A stretch of DNA of 64,000 nucleotides from an archaeon GW2011_AR5. GTDB lineage: Archaea > Aenigmatarchaeota > Aenigmatarchaeia > GW2011-AR5. The notes beneath the pieces are model-generated. The model saw only the letters and a program-made list of their open reading frames with translations, did no database searches and was not told the DNA's origin. A program made the translations under genes and the position numbers. Shown here piece by piece: positions 1 through 9,665 of this stretch. Location: contig JWKQ01000001.1 in NCBI GenBank assembly GCA_000806115.1, positions 217,784 to 281,783 of the forward strand, given 5' to 3'. The stretch's first letter is position 1, and the number at the start of each line of letters is the position of its first letter.

Positions 1-1
1 C

Positions 2-106
2 CACATAAGCAGACGATATCAGGATATAGAAGAGATGAAGGAGAAGATATCGGGGCACGGCAACGTGAAGATTGCGAAAGATTTGATGAAGATCGTGATA
101 AAATAG
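2..106 (+). CDS. 3' end of an unidentified CDS entering from upstream (partial)
   Basis: Frame 2 is open from the window edge to TAG at 104-106 (...GNVKIAKDLMKIVIK*). Only 34 codons are visible and no motif is recognisable. Confidence 0.3.
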   Translation, partial: HISRRYQDIEEMKEKISGHGNVKIAKDLMKIVIK

Positions 107-1102
107 TTATTTCGTAACAGAGCCGTAAACAGAAAACCCCCTTTTGGTGTCCCAACTTCCTACCAGCCTTACGGGACCGATGACTTTGCCTCCGCTGATC
201 TTATGGCTTGTTATTTCCTTGTCTGCTTTTCGCGAATGCTCGAATCCGTACCCTCCTATGAAACTGTCGTGCATGCAGAACCCTTCTGCGCTGTACATAG
301 CAGTCCTTGTTTCTTCGTTCCTTGAGAATCTCGGTGAAAATGCACACGCTCCCTGTTCGCTCAGGTGAGTGTTCTGCGGGGGAAGTATTGGGTGGTACGT
401 CCAGTATCTCGAGTGCACTATGGGCTGCTGAAGGAAATCGAACCTGTCGGCATCGAACGCGCCCCTCGTGTAGGGAAGATAGCGCCCGCCCAGTCTGACG
501 AACCCGAAAAGCGACTGAAGATTCCCGTCATTTGCATAAAAGAATTTTGCCAGGCCGTCCCTTGAATAGTAAAGCAGCACCTGATTTTTCTCACTGAACG
601 GTATTTTCAGCTCCTTGCCGAGGTTGTCCGTTCTTTTTGCAAGGCCTGCAGCGACATGATTCCTTCCAACATCCGACATTCCGCCGACGGTTACTGTCGA
701 TATGCCATTTGTATTTCCGTAACCGGCGAAAGCAGCATGATTCTTACTGATGTTGATTTTCGCATGTACCTCTGCCGACAAGCCTCCATTGAGATGCTCC
801 GCCCCGGTTCCCATCAGCAAAGGACCCTTTTCCTGTGTGAAATATATGCCCTGTTCTTCGATGTCTCCCGTGTTGCCTGCCGCTATTTTCAGCTTGCTCT
901 TTGAAAGCGGTATGAACGTGCCAAACGTGAATTTATCATCGCCTTCGTAGCATAACCTGATACGCGGATTCGGATTCCAGTAGCTTGCGCAAACGTATTT
1001 CTGACCGTCGGAATAATTTGTCGTTAGTTTTCCTGATTGGGCAGCTGCGGCAGCAGGAACCAAGCTTATTGCAAGAGCACCAAGGAGTTTCTTGAACTTC
1101 AT
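107..1102 (-). CDS. secreted hypothetical protein
   Basis: ORF 107..1126. The likely start is the internal ATG at 1100-1102, giving MKFKKLLGALAISLVPAAAAAQSG, a classic signal peptide. No family recognised. Confidence 0.7.
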   Translation of the reverse strand: MKFKKLLGALAISLVPAAAAAQSGKLTTNYSDGQKYVCASYWNPNPRIRLCYEGDDKFTFGTFIPLSKSKLKIAAGNTGDIEEQGIYFTQEKGPLLMGTGAEHLNGGLSAEVHAKINISKNHAAFAGYGNTNGISTVTVGGMSDVGRNHVAAGLAKRTDNLGKELKIPFSEKNQVLLYYSRDGLAKFFYANDGNLQSLFGFVRLGGRYLPYTRGAFDADRFDFLQQPIVHSRYWTYHPILPPQNTHLSEQGACAFSPRFSRNEETRTAMYSAEGFCMHDSFIGGYGFEHSRKADKEITSHKISGGKVIGPVRLVGSWDTKRGFSVYGSVTK

Positions 1103-1164
1103 TGAAGTTTCTTGTACAACCGGCATTTAAACAAGACGAACTCATTTTTGAAATAATAAGATTA

Positions 1165-1198
1165 GTGGTGGTATATCAACACCACAACTTTATAAATA
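1165..1198 (+). promoter_or_regulatory. palindrome GTGGTG-N9-CACCAC followed by a TATA-like box upstream of the TrmB-family gene
   Basis: GTGGTG at 1165-1170 and CACCAC at 1180-1185. TTTATAAATA at 1189-1198 lies about 20-29 nt before the ATG at 1218. Confidence 0.4.
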
Positions 1199-1217
1199 AC
1201 CAAACTAATTAGGTTCC

Positions 1218-1955
1218 ATGGCAGACCTTACAAATATTGGGCTTTCTGAGAATGAGTCGAAGATCTATATGGCGCTTCTTGACAACGGAGCGTTGCCTGT
1301 AAGCAGAATACACGAAGAGACGGGAATTGACAGAAGAAATATTTATGACGTATTAAACAAGCTCATTTCCAAAGGACTTGTTACTTTCGCAATAGAGGAT
1401 AAAAAAAGAACATTTCAAGTCACTTCTCCAAAACGTATAATGCTTTTTCTGGAGGAGCAGAAGCAGATAATAAATGAAAAGAAGAAAATTGCAAAGAAAA
1501 TACTCTCAAGACTGGAGAGTAAATTTGAAACAAGAACGTCTTCTGTTGAAGCTGAGATATACAGAGGATATGAGGGCATAAAAACTATATGGGAAGACAC
1601 GCTGAATTATAAAGAGGCAATGATGATAGGCGCCGGCGGATTCGGCCATGACAGGATGCCGCGATACTGGATATCATTCAACAGAAAAAGGATAAAGCGC
1701 GGCATAAGATGGAAGGAGCTTGTTATAGACCGGATGAGGAATCACCCAATGCTAAAAGAAAAACTCATAGAATCCAAGTTCCTGCCGAAAGAACTGACAG
1801 GGCCGCCAAATGTGATATGGATATATGGGAATAAAGTGACAAATATACTATGGCTGGAAACAACGCCCATAGCATTCGTTGTCCATGACAAACAAATCGC
1901 TGAAAGCTACAGGAAATACTTCAATTTCCTCTGGAACAAAGTGGCAAAATGGTGA
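1218..1955 (+). CDS. TrmB-family transcriptional regulator
   Basis: The N-terminus LSENESKIYMALLDNGALPVSRIHEETGIDRRNIYDVLNKLISKGLV is a typical TrmB winged-helix. Length 245 aa. Confidence 0.85.
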   Translation: MADLTNIGLSENESKIYMALLDNGALPVSRIHEETGIDRRNIYDVLNKLISKGLVTFAIEDKKRTFQVTSPKRIMLFLEEQKQIINEKKKIAKKILSRLESKFETRTSSVEAEIYRGYEGIKTIWEDTLNYKEAMMIGAGGFGHDRMPRYWISFNRKRIKRGIRWKELVIDRMRNHPMLKEKLIESKFLPKELTGPPNVIWIYGNKVTNILWLETTPIAFVVHDKQIAESYRKYFNFLWNKVAKW

Positions 1956-1959
1956 ATTC

Positions 1960-3807
1960 ATGAAGCTAAAACAAACCATAGGCAAAAAAACCCTCCTCAT
2001 ACTCATCCTGAACTCCATACTTGGTACTGGAATATTCTTTCTTCCTGCAGTAGGCGCAGCATATTCAGGCAGCGGCTCGCTGCTCGCTTGGCTGGCGATG
2101 TCGGTTGTTGCCATAGTGATATCGCTCTATTTTGCCGAAATCGCCTCTGTAGGTTCAACATACGACTTCGTCAAGAACGCCTTCGGCAAATCAACTGGCT
2201 TTCTTTTCGGATGGATGTCGTGGATTGCGTCCAGCATAACCATATCTATGCTGATAGTCGGCTCACTCATCTACATATTCCCAGACGCTGGCATACTGCT
2301 GAAAATTTTTGCCGCACTGTTCTTCATCATACTCTTCAATTTTGTCAATTACCGTGGCATAGACTTTGCCTCGAAGATGCTCCTGATATTCGGTATTCTA
2401 ACAGTTGCTGCACTACTTGCGCTTATAATCCCAGGGATCCCTACAACAGACACGTCACGTTTTGCCGGGATGTTTTCAACGCCGCTGCCCGTGATATTGC
2501 TCACAATATATTTCATATCCGAAACATTTTTTGGATGGGAAACGGCAACCTACCTTTCGGAGGAAATAAAGGACTCAAAGAAAGTGCTTCCGAAAATGCT
2601 GGTGTTGTCGACGGCAATAATCGCCGCGATCTCCATTCTTCTGGTTTTTGTTTCCATAGGGAACGTCGGAGCAGACGCCTTCGGGGCGCAGAATGCGCCG
2701 CTGGCGTTCCTCGCCGACAGGCTTTTCGGCAGTGGAGTTGGTGCCGTATTTGCATTCATAATATTTGTGCCTTTGATAGGCACAGCCGCGTCATGGATGG
2801 TTTCCTCACCTCGTCTTCTCTACTCGATGTCCAGGGACAAGGTGCTGGTGCCGCGCTTTGCCCGTATTCATAAGAAATACAGGACGCCGCATGTCGCCAT
2901 ACTTTTCCAGACAATAGTCATAGGCGTACTCACAGTCCTTGCATTCGGGAATTTCCTCTTCCTTTTATCGCTGCTTGTGCCGCTGGTTATAGTCATGTAC
3001 TCGATTGTGATGCTGTCGGTGGTTAAACTCAGAATGTCCAAGCCAAAAATGAGGAGAGAATTCAACGCCCCGTTCCCGAAAACCGGCCCGGTTGCGATAG
3101 TCATATTCAACATAATGCTGCTTTACATATGGCTTTCACACGTGACGGGTGCAGTGTACATATTCTCCATGGGAATCATACTTGTGATACTTGGGCTGCC
3201 GCTGTATGTTGCAATCCGCCTCAGCGTCGACAAGAAATTCACGGAGAAATTCTACGACAGGATAGCTTTCTTCTGGGACAAGTTCTTCCATATATGGTAC
3301 GGGGAAAAGGAGGCTGAAAAAATCCTGAAGTACCTCAGACTCAACGACAATTCAAAAGCGCTTGATTTCGGCTGCGGTTCCGGGAACACGACTCTGTTTG
3401 TCTCGAGAAGGCTGAGGAAGGGCACGGTGGTTGCCGTGGACCTCAGCGAAAAACAGCTGGAACACGCGGTGAAAAAAATAAAGAAATATCATCTCCATAA
3501 TGTCATATTCGTCAAGGGAAGCTTCAAGCCTCCAAAGAACACTTTCGACGCCGTAACTGCCGTAGGCGTGCTCGAACATCTTGACAGGCCGCACAAATAC
3601 GTGGCGCAACTGGTCAATTCCCTAAAGAAAGGCGGGCGATTCTATTTTCTGTCTTTTGGCAAGAGCCTCGGCATACCGGGACCCGAATTCCTTGAGAACG
3701 ACAAAAAAATAAAAGAACTTTTCAAAGGAACAAAAACAGAGATACGCATAGAAAGAAAGAAGAAAAGGCTTGTTGAGTACGTCTCGATTTACGGCGTGAA
3801 GAAATAA
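1960..3807 (+). CDS. APC-family amino acid/polyamine permease fused to a C-terminal class I SAM-dependent methyltransferase domain
   Basis: Start chosen at ATG 1960 (MKLKQTIGKKTLLILILNSILGTGIFFLPA...), just after the TrmB stop. About 12 hydrophobic segments are followed by LDFGCGSGNTTLF...VGVLEHL...LKKGGRFYF, the methyltransferase motifs I and post-I. Confidence 0.85.
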   Translation: MKLKQTIGKKTLLILILNSILGTGIFFLPAVGAAYSGSGSLLAWLAMSVVAIVISLYFAEIASVGSTYDFVKNAFGKSTGFLFGWMSWIASSITISMLIVGSLIYIFPDAGILLKIFAALFFIILFNFVNYRGIDFASKMLLIFGILTVAALLALIIPGIPTTDTSRFAGMFSTPLPVILLTIYFISETFFGWETATYLSEEIKDSKKVLPKMLVLSTAIIAAISILLVFVSIGNVGADAFGAQNAPLAFLADRLFGSGVGAVFAFIIFVPLIGTAASWMVSSPRLLYSMSRDKVLVPRFARIHKKYRTPHVAILFQTIVIGVLTVLAFGNFLFLLSLLVPLVIVMYSIVMLSVVKLRMSKPKMRREFNAPFPKTGPVAIVIFNIMLLYIWLSHVTGAVYIFSMGIILVILGLPLYVAIRLSVDKKFTEKFYDRIAFFWDKFFHIWYGEKEAEKILKYLRLNDNSKALDFGCGSGNTTLFVSRRLRKGTVVAVDLSEKQLEHAVKKIKKYHLHNVIFVKGSFKPPKNTFDAVTAVGVLEHLDRPHKYVAQLVNSLKKGGRFYFLSFGKSLGIPGPEFLENDKKIKELFKGTKTEIRIERKKKRLVEYVSIYGVKK

Positions 3808-3810
3808 GCC

Positions 3811-3833
3811 CCTTTCTTTTCAAAAAAGAAAGG
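3811..3833 (+). terminator. T-rich hairpin 4 nt after the permease stop codon
   Basis: CCTTTCTTTT at 3811-3820 pairs with AAAAGAAAGG at 3824-3833 around a 3-nt loop. Confidence 0.4.
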
Positions 3834-4003
3834 CCCTTGGATTCAACTCGAGATTGAACAAGTTCAATCTGAGTTCCCGAAAGCAATCATGCTTTCGAGG
3901 AAAGAAAATTATTACGAATTTGGCTCACTGCAAGCATGAAGAAATCAAATCCGAAGGACACAAAGCGTCAGTCAATAGGAAAGGAAGAAAGTTCTTAATA
4001 TCA

Positions 4004-5698
4004 TCATTGTCCGCCGCCGCGCCCTCTCCCCTGCGCAGGCTGCGGCATCCTCAGCATTTCTCCGACAGCCCTGCCTCCCTGGCTTATTCCCTGGTTAATC
4101 ATCTGCCTGCTCCTTTCTGCGCCCTGCATTATGCCCTGCTGTGTAGCCCTGTCCATCTGCCCCGCGCTTTCGCGGATTGTCTGCGGCGGCGGGCGGCTGT
4201 TCAGGTACCTCGGATCTCCAGGCACATCAACAGGATTGAACGTGCGGGAGCTTCCGCTGCCTGACTGCGACGACCAGCTCCCGTAATTGGAAGAGTCCCC
4301 GCTTCCTCTTGCAGGTATTTTATCCTCCCTGACAACATTGTTTCGCGCGCTCCACAGTTCCTCTTCTGTCTGCGGATAGCGCCCTGTTGCATTCATGTGC
4401 GCCGCTATGAATCCGCTTTTATTCTGCGCGCGGTTCCACAAATCCATGTGGCGCTCCCAGTCGCTCCTCCCAAGCCTCTTCAATGTCATTACAAGCGATG
4501 CGCCGACGACGGATTTAGGATTTGAAATGTCAAGAAATACCGGTTCTGAAGAACGGCTATAAACTGCCTTGAAGAAGCCGCCGGGATCATCGGCATAGCG
4601 CGTCAGTGCGCGTTCACCCATCCCGGGATTTGTCCTTTCGACTTCCATTGCGTACTGCCTTACGTATTCGACATATTCGCTGCCCGTAGGCATTGTAAAG
4701 CCCGGCGGCGCCTGAGCCTGGAGGAATGCGCGCAATGCATTGTCTGTGCCTATTGTTTTTTCAAGTTCCCCGAGAAGCCTGCTTGTTTCTCCCGGATTCC
4801 TGTTGTCAAAGGACGATCGTATACTGTCGGCAACGGGCGGCAAAAATTCCGGCATAAAAAAGCTGTCACCTGTTGAGAATCTTTGTCCATCCCATGAGTA
4901 TTCAACAACCATGTCTATGAACCCGCCTCCCGGCAGGTAATGTTTTCTGATGTCAGAAACTACGGGCTTACCATTCACAGTTCTGCGCGATATACTGTCT
5001 ATATGAGTGTCAAGAATTTCCACATAGCCGGAGCCGTTGTTCTGATAAATTCTTCCGGAACATCCTCCGCTGCCGCATCCTTCCTGCAAATAGATCTCCT
5101 CGGCTCCGTCCCCTTCTATGTCAAATGCGAATGCGCCCGCGCCCAAGCCGTCGCCAAGCGGCGGCAAGCCCTCAGGGACGGGTATTTGCCTCATGTCACT
5201 CCCGGCAATCCGGCGGCTACTCCTGAAGTCTTCATGCCTTTCTTCTGACTGCCTTTGGTATTCATTGAATGCCGCTGTGTTGATATTCAAATTCATTCGC
5301 GGAGGCGTATTCGAACCGCCAGCTTGCCCGGTTGCATAAGCCTGTTCATTCTTTGGCGGGGAATAAAACCTGCCAAAAAAGTTGCCATTATATGCTCCGA
5401 TCAGAATAGTGGCTGCTGTTAAACCGAGAAACAATCCTTTTATTGGAAGATGATGGTTTACTGATGGATGCCCGGTTTCCCCTCTATGCACGTTGTCCCC
5501 GGTTGGCACATATAACTTACTGCGCGGTTCCTCCGGCGGCGCGGCACGTCTTGGCACCGGTTCCCATCCGAAACTTGCAGTCCTGAACGCGTCCTGCCCG
5601 TCGTCGCTTGTATCATGTCCCCGATAAGAATTCGTTTCACGGTCGTATACAATCCTTCTCCTGTCCGTGATTTTTAACGGCACTTCTTCTCCGCTCAT
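4004..5698 (-). CDS. single-pass membrane protein with an FG-GAP/VCBS-like motif and a low-complexity C-terminus
   Basis: ORF 4004..5824. The upstream part overlaps a repeat element, so ATG 5696-5698 (MSGEEVPLKITD...) is preferred. Features: TM segment GLFLGLTAATILIGAY, motif FDIEGDGAEEIYLQ, and an S/G/R/Q-rich tail. Confidence 0.7.
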   Translation of the reverse strand: MSGEEVPLKITDRRRIVYDRETNSYRGHDTSDDGQDAFRTASFGWEPVPRRAAPPEEPRSKLYVPTGDNVHRGETGHPSVNHHLPIKGLFLGLTAATILIGAYNGNFFGRFYSPPKNEQAYATGQAGGSNTPPRMNLNINTAAFNEYQRQSEERHEDFRSSRRIAGSDMRQIPVPEGLPPLGDGLGAGAFAFDIEGDGAEEIYLQEGCGSGGCSGRIYQNNGSGYVEILDTHIDSISRRTVNGKPVVSDIRKHYLPGGGFIDMVVEYSWDGQRFSTGDSFFMPEFLPPVADSIRSSFDNRNPGETSRLLGELEKTIGTDNALRAFLQAQAPPGFTMPTGSEYVEYVRQYAMEVERTNPGMGERALTRYADDPGGFFKAVYSRSSEPVFLDISNPKSVVGASLVMTLKRLGRSDWERHMDLWNRAQNKSGFIAAHMNATGRYPQTEEELWSARNNVVREDKIPARGSGDSSNYGSWSSQSGSGSSRTFNPVDVPGDPRYLNSRPPPQTIRESAGQMDRATQQGIMQGAERSRQMINQGISQGGRAVGEMLRMPQPAQGRGRGGGQ

Positions 5699-5724
5699 AA
5701 TACTCCTTTCTCCTGCAAAGTTCT

Positions 5725-5795
5725 TATAGTGAACCCAGAAAATAAACAGGATATGAATTCTGGGTTCACAGATAGTTCCCAAGGAAATAATACAA
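5725..5795 (+). repeat. structured repeat family, copy A (3' half diverged)
   Basis: TATAGTGAACCCAGAA...TTCTGGGTTCACAGATAG matches copies at 27406, 30105 and 52396(-). Hairpin arms are 5729-5740 and 5758-5769. Confidence 0.6.
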
Positions 5796-6053
5796 GAAAG
5801 AACGAAGTTCTTTCTGTACGGCAAGAATCTTTGATTCTTGCTCGTATCCAGATTGTTTCCTTGGAGAACTATAAACGAACTCCGAATTTAAGGTTTTCCA
5901 GGCAACTGACATGTAAGAAAAGAGGCCGGTGTATGCCCTACCAATGGATTCAGCGGTTTTAGCGGAGAACGCATCATGCTTAGGCATTTTTCTATTTCTC
6001 AGAGCTTTTAATTGGCAAATCCATAATAATCAAAGGAGTGGATTGACATCGCA

Positions 6054-7163
6054 ATGAAAGTGACGCCCTGGGAAGTTTCCGGGCGCATAGACTACGAGAA
6101 GCTGATAAAGGAGTTCGGCACGAGCCATATCACCCAGCCGCTGTTGAAGAGAATGGAGAAGCTCGCGGGCGAAAGCCATTTCATGCTGGAGCGCAAGATT
6201 TTTTTCAGCCACCGCGATCTGGACTGGCTGCTTGACCGCTATGAGCGCGGCGAGCAGTTCGCATTGTACACGGGGCGAAAGCCGTCCCTGGGAATACACA
6301 TAGGACACCTGCTTCCCTGGATGTTCTCAAAGTGGATTCAGGATAAATTCGATGCAGACCTTTATTTTCAGATGGTGGACGACGAGGGATTCCTTGCCAA
6401 AGAGGACATGGAGCTCCCTGAATCGACGCGCGTCGGCTACGAGAACGCGCTGGACGTAATAGCGCTGGGATTCGACCCGGACAAGACATCAATCATAATA
6501 GACACGGAGAACATCAAGCCCCTCTATAAAATCGCTCTTCAGGTTGCGAAGCGGACGACGTTCTCCACGGCAAAGGCTGTCTTCGGCTTTGACAACAGCA
6601 CGAACGTCGGCCTGCCATTTTATACTTCAATCCAGGCAGCCCCGTGTTTCCTCCCGAGCTACCTGAAAAAGATGAACGTCCCGGTGCTCATACCCGCGGG
6701 AATAGACCAGGATCCCTATTGGAGAATAACGAGGGATATAGCTCCCAAGCTCGGCTACTACAAGCCCGCCGCCATTCATAATACGTTCCTCCCGGGTCTC
6801 GAAGGGCCGGAAGGAAAGATGAGCTCGAGCAAGCCGGAGACGACAATATTCACGACAGACTCAGCCGAGCAGGTGAAGAAGAAAATACAGCGCGCGTTCA
6901 GCGGCGGCGGCGCGACGATGAAGGAGCACAAGGAGAAGGGAGGCAACCCGGACATAGACGCGGCTTGCCAGTACCTCTACTATATGTTCGAGCCTGACAA
7001 CGACAAGATAAAGGAAATATTCGACGGATACAGGTCCGGAGCGATAAGCACCGGCGAAGTAAAAGACATGCTCACGAAGAAAATAGTCGCATTCCTGACC
7101 GAACACCAGAAGAAGAGGGAGCAGGCACGCAAGCACATAGACAAGTTTTTGCTCAAAGATTGA
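6054..7163 (+). CDS. trpS: tryptophanyl-tRNA synthetase (archaeal/eukaryotic type)
   Basis: Features: N-terminus MKVTPWEVSGRIDYEKLIKEFG, HIGH-type motif (GIHIGHLLP), and the KMSKS variant KMSSSKP. Length 369 aa. Confidence 0.85.
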   Translation: MKVTPWEVSGRIDYEKLIKEFGTSHITQPLLKRMEKLAGESHFMLERKIFFSHRDLDWLLDRYERGEQFALYTGRKPSLGIHIGHLLPWMFSKWIQDKFDADLYFQMVDDEGFLAKEDMELPESTRVGYENALDVIALGFDPDKTSIIIDTENIKPLYKIALQVAKRTTFSTAKAVFGFDNSTNVGLPFYTSIQAAPCFLPSYLKKMNVPVLIPAGIDQDPYWRITRDIAPKLGYYKPAAIHNTFLPGLEGPEGKMSSSKPETTIFTTDSAEQVKKKIQRAFSGGGATMKEHKEKGGNPDIDAACQYLYYMFEPDNDKIKEIFDGYRSGAISTGEVKDMLTKKIVAFLTEHQKKREQARKHIDKFLLKD

Positions 7164-7164
7164 C

Positions 7165-7479
7165 ATGAAAATAAATTTGCAAGGGAAGATGAAAGCGATA
7201 AAGAAAGCTTGGACTCCGATAGACGTGGCTAAGTTCAATGACCAGGCTGTCAGGATGGCGCTGTTCAAGGGCGAATATCACTGGCATGTCCATAAGGAAG
7301 ATGAACTTTTCTACGTGCTAAAGGGACACATGACAATTCAGACAAAAGCAAAAGACATCAAATTAGCCAAAGGTGAAATGGCGACGGTTCCAAAGGGCAT
7401 GAAGCATTGCACAAAGAGCGAAAAAGGCGCTTATGTTTTAATGTTTGAGCCGTCTGTCCTGAAAAGCAAAGGCAATTAG
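7165..7479 (+). CDS. cupin-domain protein
   Basis: 104 aa. HWHVHKEDELFYVLKGHMTIQ...ATVPKGMKH resembles the two cupin His-containing motifs. The start lies 1 nt after the trpS stop. Confidence 0.7.
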   Translation: MKINLQGKMKAIKKAWTPIDVAKFNDQAVRMALFKGEYHWHVHKEDELFYVLKGHMTIQTKAKDIKLAKGEMATVPKGMKHCTKSEKGAYVLMFEPSVLKSKGN

Positions 7480-7490
7480 AAAGGGTTGAT

Positions 7491-9539
7491 ATGCTAACGA
7501 ACAAATTCCATCATAGAGTGACGATAACATCGGCAATTCCGTACGTTAACGGCGTGAAGCATCTCGGCAACCTTGTCGGTTCCATATTGCCGGCTGACAT
7601 ATTCCACCGTTTCTTGGACATCTTTTGCGTAGACAACATATTCATCTGCGGCACCGACGAACACGGCACAGCTGTAGAGCTTGCTGCGCTGGAAGAAGGA
7701 TTGACGCCGGAGAAATACTCGGAGAAGTATTACAAGATACAGAAGGACATATACGCAAAGTGGAATTTTGACTTCACGTTCTTCGGGCGCTCGTCGTCGG
7801 AGAGCAACCATCAAATCACACGGGACCTTTTCCTCTCCGGTTACGAGAACGGCTACATCAAGGAAGACATCATCATTGTTCCTTTCTGCAGGCATGATAA
7901 ACGCTTCCTTCCTGACAGATACATAATCGGCACATGCCCCGTCTGTGGATACGATTCCGCAAGGGGCGACCAGTGCGAGAAATGCAGCACCGTGCTGGAC
8001 CCGGAACAGCTGCAGAATCCCAGATGCAACGTGTGCAAAAAGCAGGAGATAGAGTTCAGAAAGGAGAAGCACCTTTTTCTCAACCTGCCTCTTCTTGAAG
8101 ACAGGCTGAAGGAATGGATTTTGCAGCAAAGCCACTGGCCCGACAACACGAGAAACCTCGCCCTGGGCTGGCTCAAGACGGGATTAAAACAGAGATGCAT
8201 AACACGCAACCTGAAGTGGGGCGTACAGGTGCCGCTCAAAGGGTACGAGCATCTTATATTTTATGTCTGGTACGACGCGCCCACGGCATATATTTCTATG
8301 ACAAAGGATGCGCATGACGCAAAAATAATCGGAGATTGGAAGAGCTACTGGAAAGACTCGCGAATTTATCAGTTCATGGGAAAGGACAACATACCTTTTC
8401 ACTCAATAATATGGCCGGCTATCTTATTGGCGGCGCGTGATTCAGAGCATCGCGACACAAATTACAGCCTTGTGCATCACCTCGCCGGCTATGAATACCT
8501 CAACTGGAACGGCGAGAAATTCTCCACGAGCAAAGGAGTCGGGCTCTTCAGCGACGAGGCTCTCGAGCTGTTTCCGGCTGATTACTGGCGGTTCTACCTT
8601 GCATCTATCCTGCCGGAGTCAAAGGATTCCAACTTCGACTGGAATGATTTTCAGAGCCGCGTGAACGGCGAGCTTATAGGCAACTACGGCAACCTCTTCT
8701 ACCGGACAACCTACTTCATAGAGAAGTATTTCGGCGGGGCTGTGCCAACCCCCGCATTGGGCGAGGCGGAGCGCAATCTCCAATGGAACCTGGAAAAGAC
8801 AATAAGCAAAGTGGAAGAACTGGTAGAGCAAGTCAAGTTAAGGGAGGCGCTGAAAGAGACGCTGGCTTTTGCCTCTCTGGTGAACAAGTACTTTCAGGAC
8901 AGCAAGCCGTGGGAGACCGTGAATACCGATAGGGAGAAAGCAGCGACCGCTCTTTATACTGCCGTGAACCTACTTAGACCTATATCAGTATTGCTATCGT
9001 CCTATATACCGGAAAGCGCACAGAAAGCTTTGGACTGCCTAGGAGGCGGAGCCGAACTAAATGACAAGTTCACAATAGCTCCAGGCAGCCCCGTAAGGGC
9101 GGAAATCCTTTTCAGGAAGATAGAGGACAGCGAGATAGAAAAGGTAAAGAAGTACAGGACGAAATATATTAAATCCGGGGACGTCCCGAAAGAAACCGCG
9201 GACGACTCGATAACTATTGTTGATGATATGCTTCCATACAAAGAATTCCAGAAAGTTGACATGAGAGTGGGTACTATCACCGACGTGAAGGAGCATCCCA
9301 ACGCGGAAAAGCTCTACATACTCAAGGTTGACATGGGCGACAGCCAGCGCCAGGTTGTGGCAGGGCTCCGCCAGCGCTACACAAAGGAACAGCTGGAGGG
9401 GCAGCAGATAATCGTACTGGTCAATCTAGAGCCCCGCGAATTAAGGGGAGTGCTAAGCGAGGGAATGCTACTGGCTGCCGAGGACGGCACCATACTTGAG
9501 CCTGCATCCGGCGTCCAGAACGGGTCGCGGATAATGTGA
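7491..9539 (+). CDS. metG: methionyl-tRNA synthetase with a C-terminal tRNA-binding (Trbp111/EMAP-like) domain
   Basis: Features: ITSAIPYVNGVKHLGNL, zinc knuckle CPVCGYDSARGDQCEKC, KFSTSKG, and the C-terminal VDMRVGTITDVKEHPNAEKLYILKVDMG. Confidence 0.93.
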   Translation: MLTNKFHHRVTITSAIPYVNGVKHLGNLVGSILPADIFHRFLDIFCVDNIFICGTDEHGTAVELAALEEGLTPEKYSEKYYKIQKDIYAKWNFDFTFFGRSSSESNHQITRDLFLSGYENGYIKEDIIIVPFCRHDKRFLPDRYIIGTCPVCGYDSARGDQCEKCSTVLDPEQLQNPRCNVCKKQEIEFRKEKHLFLNLPLLEDRLKEWILQQSHWPDNTRNLALGWLKTGLKQRCITRNLKWGVQVPLKGYEHLIFYVWYDAPTAYISMTKDAHDAKIIGDWKSYWKDSRIYQFMGKDNIPFHSIIWPAILLAARDSEHRDTNYSLVHHLAGYEYLNWNGEKFSTSKGVGLFSDEALELFPADYWRFYLASILPESKDSNFDWNDFQSRVNGELIGNYGNLFYRTTYFIEKYFGGAVPTPALGEAERNLQWNLEKTISKVEELVEQVKLREALKETLAFASLVNKYFQDSKPWETVNTDREKAATALYTAVNLLRPISVLLSSYIPESAQKALDCLGGGAELNDKFTIAPGSPVRAEILFRKIEDSEIEKVKKYRTKYIKSGDVPKETADDSITIVDDMLPYKEFQKVDMRVGTITDVKEHPNAEKLYILKVDMGDSQRQVVAGLRQRYTKEQLEGQQIIVLVNLEPRELRGVLSEGMLLAAEDGTILEPASGVQNGSRIM

Positions 9540-9665
9540 CGCGCCGTTTTTTGTGAGAAAACTGTCTTTCCAAAAGCCCATTACCGCCTTTAAGCGGTAG
9601 TTTTCAATGAATCCGGGATAAAAAGAACTCCGTTTTTTGAATCATTCTTTTTAATGCGAAGTCTT

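Noticed and set aside
2088-2873. A 261 aa alternate-frame ORF inside the permease gene, and 53209..53742 inside nadK.
   Set aside because: They are same-strand, out-of-frame overlaps with genes that have clear family motifs. Their translations are Arg/Cys/His-rich nonsense.
3854-4264. A 136 aa plus-strand ORF starting in the convergent intergenic region.
   Set aside because: It begins within the hairpin cluster, then runs antisense through the 3' end of the 4004..5698 gene. Its translation is low-complexity Arg/Ala/Ser-rich.
5729-5962. ORFs spanning repeat copies (5729..5962 and 30140..30394), and a 19-codon micro-ORF (MNSGFTDSSQGSN.LF.SL) shared by repeat copies A, B and C.
   Set aside because: Differences between copies are mostly nonsynonymous but preserve base pairing. 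Copy D lacks the ATG. RNA or DNA structure explains the conservation better than a peptide does.
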